Source: an uncultured Acidobacteriaceae bacterium
GTDB taxonomy: Bacteria; Acidobacteriota; Terriglobia; Terriglobales; Acidobacteriaceae
Assembly (NCBI GenBank): GCA_963766975.1
Contig: CAVYCF010000012.1
Coordinates: forward strand, 32,859-96,858
Direction: 5' to 3'
Length of the DNA: 64,000 nt
The position numbers and the translations under genes are program-made. This document shows positions 60,936 to 64,000 of the stretch, piece by piece (position 1 is the stretch's first letter; each line of letters starts with the position of its first letter). The notes beneath the pieces are model-generated. The model was not told where the DNA came from and did no database searches. It saw only the letters and a program-made list of their open reading frames with translations.

Positions 60936-61352
60936 ATGAATCGTCGATCACTGCTGAAGTTGGGAACACTGCTGGGCGCGGCACCGCTGGCTGCGGGCGC
61001 CGAGAGGCTGATGGCGCAGGTAGCGCCGGGGAAGAAGCCGATCGTGCTGTACTGCGACCTCGCGGTCGATCCGGCGCGCGAGCAGGAGATGCTGGATGCG
61101 TATCACAACCACTTCAGGCCGGTGGCGGTGAAGTTTCCGGGGTACATTGACCTGAAGATTGTGAAGATCCGCTCGGTGCTCTCGGGGTATGCGCCGCCGA
61201 AGGGCGTGAACTACCGCTTTCAGCTGACCTTTGAGAGCGAGGAGAAGCGGCAGATCTGGATCCACTCCGACGTTCACAAGAAGAACTGGCCGCTGATCGA
61301 GAACACGGTACTGGACAAGAGCTATCAGACGCTGCTGACGGACGAGGTGTAG
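60936..61352 (+). CDS. Tat-exported ABM/dimeric alpha-beta barrel-like protein
   Basis: MNRRSLLK twin-arginine signal; FPGYIDLK...FESEEKRQIW..SD.H. A 15-bp tandem duplication (60905-60934) doubles the RBS region. Confidence 0.75.
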   Translation: MNRRSLLKLGTLLGAAPLAAGAERLMAQVAPGKKPIVLYCDLAVDPAREQEMLDAYHNHFRPVAVKFPGYIDLKIVKIRSVLSGYAPPKGVNYRFQLTFESEEKRQIWIHSDVHKKNWPLIENTVLDKSYQTLLTDEV

Positions 61353-61409
61353 TCAGCCGGCGCGGCGTTTTATTGGCGAATGTTGCTTTGCGAATGAGGT
61401 GAGGTTGAG

Positions 61410-62444
61410 ATGCGAATTGGTGTGTGCGTAGCGCTGGCAGTGGCGTTGGCCCCGCTGGGTTGTCATGACTCGAACAATGCTGCGGCGCCGGCCGCTCCGC
61501 AGGCGGCGACTCCGCCGGCGGACATGCGGGTGGACCGGATGGACCCGGCGCTGGATGCGCTGATCGCGCCGGATGCGAAGGTGGAGAAGGTCGCGGGGGG
61601 CTTCGTGTTCAACGAAGGACCGATGTGGCACGAGGGACGGTTGTGGTTCTCCGACCTGATGGGCAACAAGATGTATGCGGTCTCTCCGGACGGCAAGGTG
61701 GAGCTGCTGATCGACAAGGCGGGCGGCATGGACAACGCCGCGCCGGGCTTCTATCGCGGCTCGAACGCGATGGCGACGGACAAGGACGGCACGGTGCTGA
61801 TGTGCCAGCACAGCATGCGGCGCATTGCGCGGGTGGACGATCAGCTGCATGTGACCAACTTCGTGGACAAGTGGAACGGCAAGCGGTTCAACAGCCCGAA
61901 CGATCTGGTGTTTGCGCCGGATGGGTCGCTGTGGTTTACCGATCCGCCGTTCGGGCTGGACAAGAAGGCGGCCGACCCGGCGAAAGAGATCCCGTTCAGC
62001 GGCGTGTTCCGCTATGCGAATGGCAAGGTGACGGCGGTGATCAAGGACCTGACCAATCCGAACGGGATTGGGTTTTCCCCCGATGGCAAGTTCCTTTACA
62101 TCTCGAACACCGGGCCGCACTTTTTCGTGAATCGGTATGACGTGAAGGCCGACGGCACGCTGGGCAAGCCGACGACGTTCATCTCGTACCCGGACACGCC
62201 GGCGCCGGATCCGCCGGATGGGCTGAAGCTGGACACGGCGGGGGACCTGTGGTCGACGGGCCCGGGCGGCATCCGCATTATCAGCCCGCAGGGCAAGGTG
62301 CTGGGGCAGATCAAGCTGCCCGAAGTGGCGGCGAACCTGGCGTGGGGCGGCGACGACGGCAAGACGCTCTACATCGCGGCGAGCACCGGCATCTACCGGG
62401 TGAATGCGCTGATCAAGGGCGAGATGCCGCTGTACATGAAGTGA
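61410..62444 (+). CDS. SMP-30/gluconolactonase family lipoprotein
   Basis: Lipobox PLGC, FNEGPMW, GSNAM, FNSPND...DGSLWFTDP, PNGIGFSPD and PDGLKLD. Confidence 0.93.
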   Translation: MRIGVCVALAVALAPLGCHDSNNAAAPAAPQAATPPADMRVDRMDPALDALIAPDAKVEKVAGGFVFNEGPMWHEGRLWFSDLMGNKMYAVSPDGKVELLIDKAGGMDNAAPGFYRGSNAMATDKDGTVLMCQHSMRRIARVDDQLHVTNFVDKWNGKRFNSPNDLVFAPDGSLWFTDPPFGLDKKAADPAKEIPFSGVFRYANGKVTAVIKDLTNPNGIGFSPDGKFLYISNTGPHFFVNRYDVKADGTLGKPTTFISYPDTPAPDPPDGLKLDTAGDLWSTGPGGIRIISPQGKVLGQIKLPEVAANLAWGGDDGKTLYIAASTGIYRVNALIKGEMPLYMK

Positions 62445-62469
62445 AGCGCGGTCGATTTTGAACGTGGTG

Positions 62470-62495
62470 AAGCGGCCCTTTCGGGGGCCGCTTTT
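62470..62495 (+). terminator. Intrinsic terminator
   Basis: aagcggccc-tttcgg-gggccgctt followed by a T run. Confidence 0.75.
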
Positions 62496-62497
62496 GT

Positions 62498-62512
62498 TTT
62501 CATTATTTGAAA
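62498..62512. promoter_or_regulatory. Candidate IclR operator TTTCA-ttatt-TGAAA
   Basis: Perfect 5-5-5 palindrome upstream of TTGACA (62549-62554). Confidence 0.55.
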
Positions 62513-62548
62513 TAAAACTTCACATACTGATCTTTTTCCAAAAAGGCA

Positions 62549-62579
62549 TTGACAACGATTTGGCGGGTTGATGTATCTT
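62549..62579 (+). promoter_or_regulatory. Sigma70-type promoter candidate
   Basis: TTGACA at 62549 and TATCTT at 62574. The spacer is 19 nt, longer than ideal. Confidence 0.35.
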
Positions 62580-62671
62580 GTTGTCGCTTTCCCAGCGGCA
62601 TTTGCGCCGACGCGAAAAAAATCTGGACCAACCTGCAACCGAAGCAAGACGCAGTAGAAGGGCTACGGACC

Positions 62672-63955
62672 ATGAAGCAGAATTCACGACGCTCATTTTT
62701 GAAGACCGCCGCTGCATTGCCCGCGATGGGGGCATTCAGCCTGCCTGCGCTTTCGCAGGGAGTGCAGACCAACAGCACTCCAAACCAGAGGCCGAAGCTG
62801 AAGATCACCGACGTGCGCACGGCGCAGGTCAACGTGCACGGGCCGCAGACCCATATCCGCATTTATACCGACCAGGGATTGATCGGGCAGGGCGAATCGA
62901 CCGACGCGGCCACTGGCACAGCGGCCCTGGTAAAGAGCTGGCGCCGGACGCTGGCCGGTCAGAATCCACTGAACGTTGATGCCATCTGGGAAAGAATTCG
63001 GACCTCGGGAGTCTTTGCCGGAGCGCAGGGAGGCCAGTACGTCACAGCCATGTCGGGCATCGATATCGCTTTATGGGACCTCGCCGGCAAGGCGCTTGGA
63101 CTTCCCGTCTACCAGTTAATGGGAGGAAAGTTCCGCGACAAAGTCCGGATCTACTGCGACTCCGACATGGAAGGCAGTCCAATTTCAGAGATAAACGACA
63201 AGAAGCTCGAATGGATCAAGAGCAAGGGCTTCACCGCGATGAAGATCGATCTGGACGACGCCCGTGATCCTGCGCGATTTGACTCCGTGAACTGGACTGC
63301 CAGCAATGGCGAGGTCGACCGTATGGTGCGTGAGATCGACCATGTGCGTCAGAGGATTCCCAAGGAGATGGATCTCGCCTGCGATATGCATGGCCGCTAC
63401 GACGCCGGCACTGGCAAGCGGGTGGCAAAAGCAGTTGAACCGTTCAGGCTTCTTTGGCTTGAGGAGCCGGTTCCACCCGAGGACCTCGACGCCATGGCGG
63501 ATATCCGCCGTTCAACTTCGACGCCAATTGCCTGTGGCGAAAACCAGTACATGCGATGGGGATATAGAGATCTCTTCCAAAAGGAAGCGGTCGATATCAT
63601 CCAGCCGGATTTTCAAAAGGTCGGCGGAATTAGCGAAGCCAGAAAAGTTGCCAATATGGCGCAGGCTTACGAAATCCCGGTCGCGCCGCACTGCGTGGTC
63701 TCGCCAATCGGGGTTATGGCGACTGCTCACGCATGTACGACGTACCCGAACTTCCTGGCCTGCGAGTGGCACTGGATCAACCATACTAAGACGTTTGGCG
63801 AGGGTGTCTGGGAGACCTTTGTGAAGGAGGGGGAGATCATCGTCAATGGTTTCGTCACTCCGCCGGATAAGCCGGGCCTGGGGGTGGAGATGGACGAGGC
63901 TGTGGCCAAAACGAAGCAGATCCCCGGCACACCATGGTTTGAGGCGAACGCGTAG
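62672..63955 (+). CDS. Enolase-superfamily (MR/DgoD-like) acid-sugar dehydratase with Tat signal
   Basis: SRRSFLK Tat motif; SGIDIALWDLAGKALGLPVYQLMGG, KID, DMHGR, WLEEP, ACGE and VAPH. Confidence 0.92.
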   Translation: MKQNSRRSFLKTAAALPAMGAFSLPALSQGVQTNSTPNQRPKLKITDVRTAQVNVHGPQTHIRIYTDQGLIGQGESTDAATGTAALVKSWRRTLAGQNPLNVDAIWERIRTSGVFAGAQGGQYVTAMSGIDIALWDLAGKALGLPVYQLMGGKFRDKVRIYCDSDMEGSPISEINDKKLEWIKSKGFTAMKIDLDDARDPARFDSVNWTASNGEVDRMVREIDHVRQRIPKEMDLACDMHGRYDAGTGKRVAKAVEPFRLLWLEEPVPPEDLDAMADIRRSTSTPIACGENQYMRWGYRDLFQKEAVDIIQPDFQKVGGISEARKVANMAQAYEIPVAPHCVVSPIGVMATAHACTTYPNFLACEWHWINHTKTFGEGVWETFVKEGEIIVNGFVTPPDKPGLGVEMDEAVAKTKQIPGTPWFEANA

Positions 63956-64000
63956 CACCGAAACATCCGAGCGGACGGCTGAATGTGTGCGGTAACTAGT

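Overview
GC-rich bacterial chromosome segment. It is most likely Acidobacteriota (Terriglobales-like); this is inferred from a TIGR03435-type gene, the acidobacterial-type PadR/permease pair and the repeat types. Housekeeping genes (class I fumarase, miaA, der, ppc, folD, coaE, htrA, rne/rng, pheST, hinT, rlpA) alternate with small accessory inserts: an ABC-type ATPase + PIN nuclease pair, orphan HigA- and HicB-like antitoxins, DUF3592, VOC, SMI1/KNR4 and a HEPN-like protein. Several genes, including essential pheT, carry 1-nt frameshifts, which most likely are sequencing or assembly errors. No tRNA, rRNA, CRISPR array or transposase was recognised. Main points of interest: (1) a tetraether-synthase (Tes/GDGT-MAS)-like radical SAM gene next to a GT4 glycosyltransferase + PHP phosphoesterase pair; (2) REP-like palindromes inserted in frame in der and ppc, one with a matching intergenic copy; (3) a 260-300 bp modular non-coding element in two diverged, oppositely oriented copies, each bordering a defence-like insert; (4) an ATPase-PIN candidate defence pair; (5) two paralogous Cys-Cys beta-barrels flanking an HTH-TOBE regulator; (6) an exported TldD/TldE pair; (7) a partly exported sugar-acid pathway with three candidate IclR operators; (8) an Rne/Rng with a ~700-aa disordered insert inside its S1 domain. 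All calls come from reading the sequence and the ORF track; no database searches were run.
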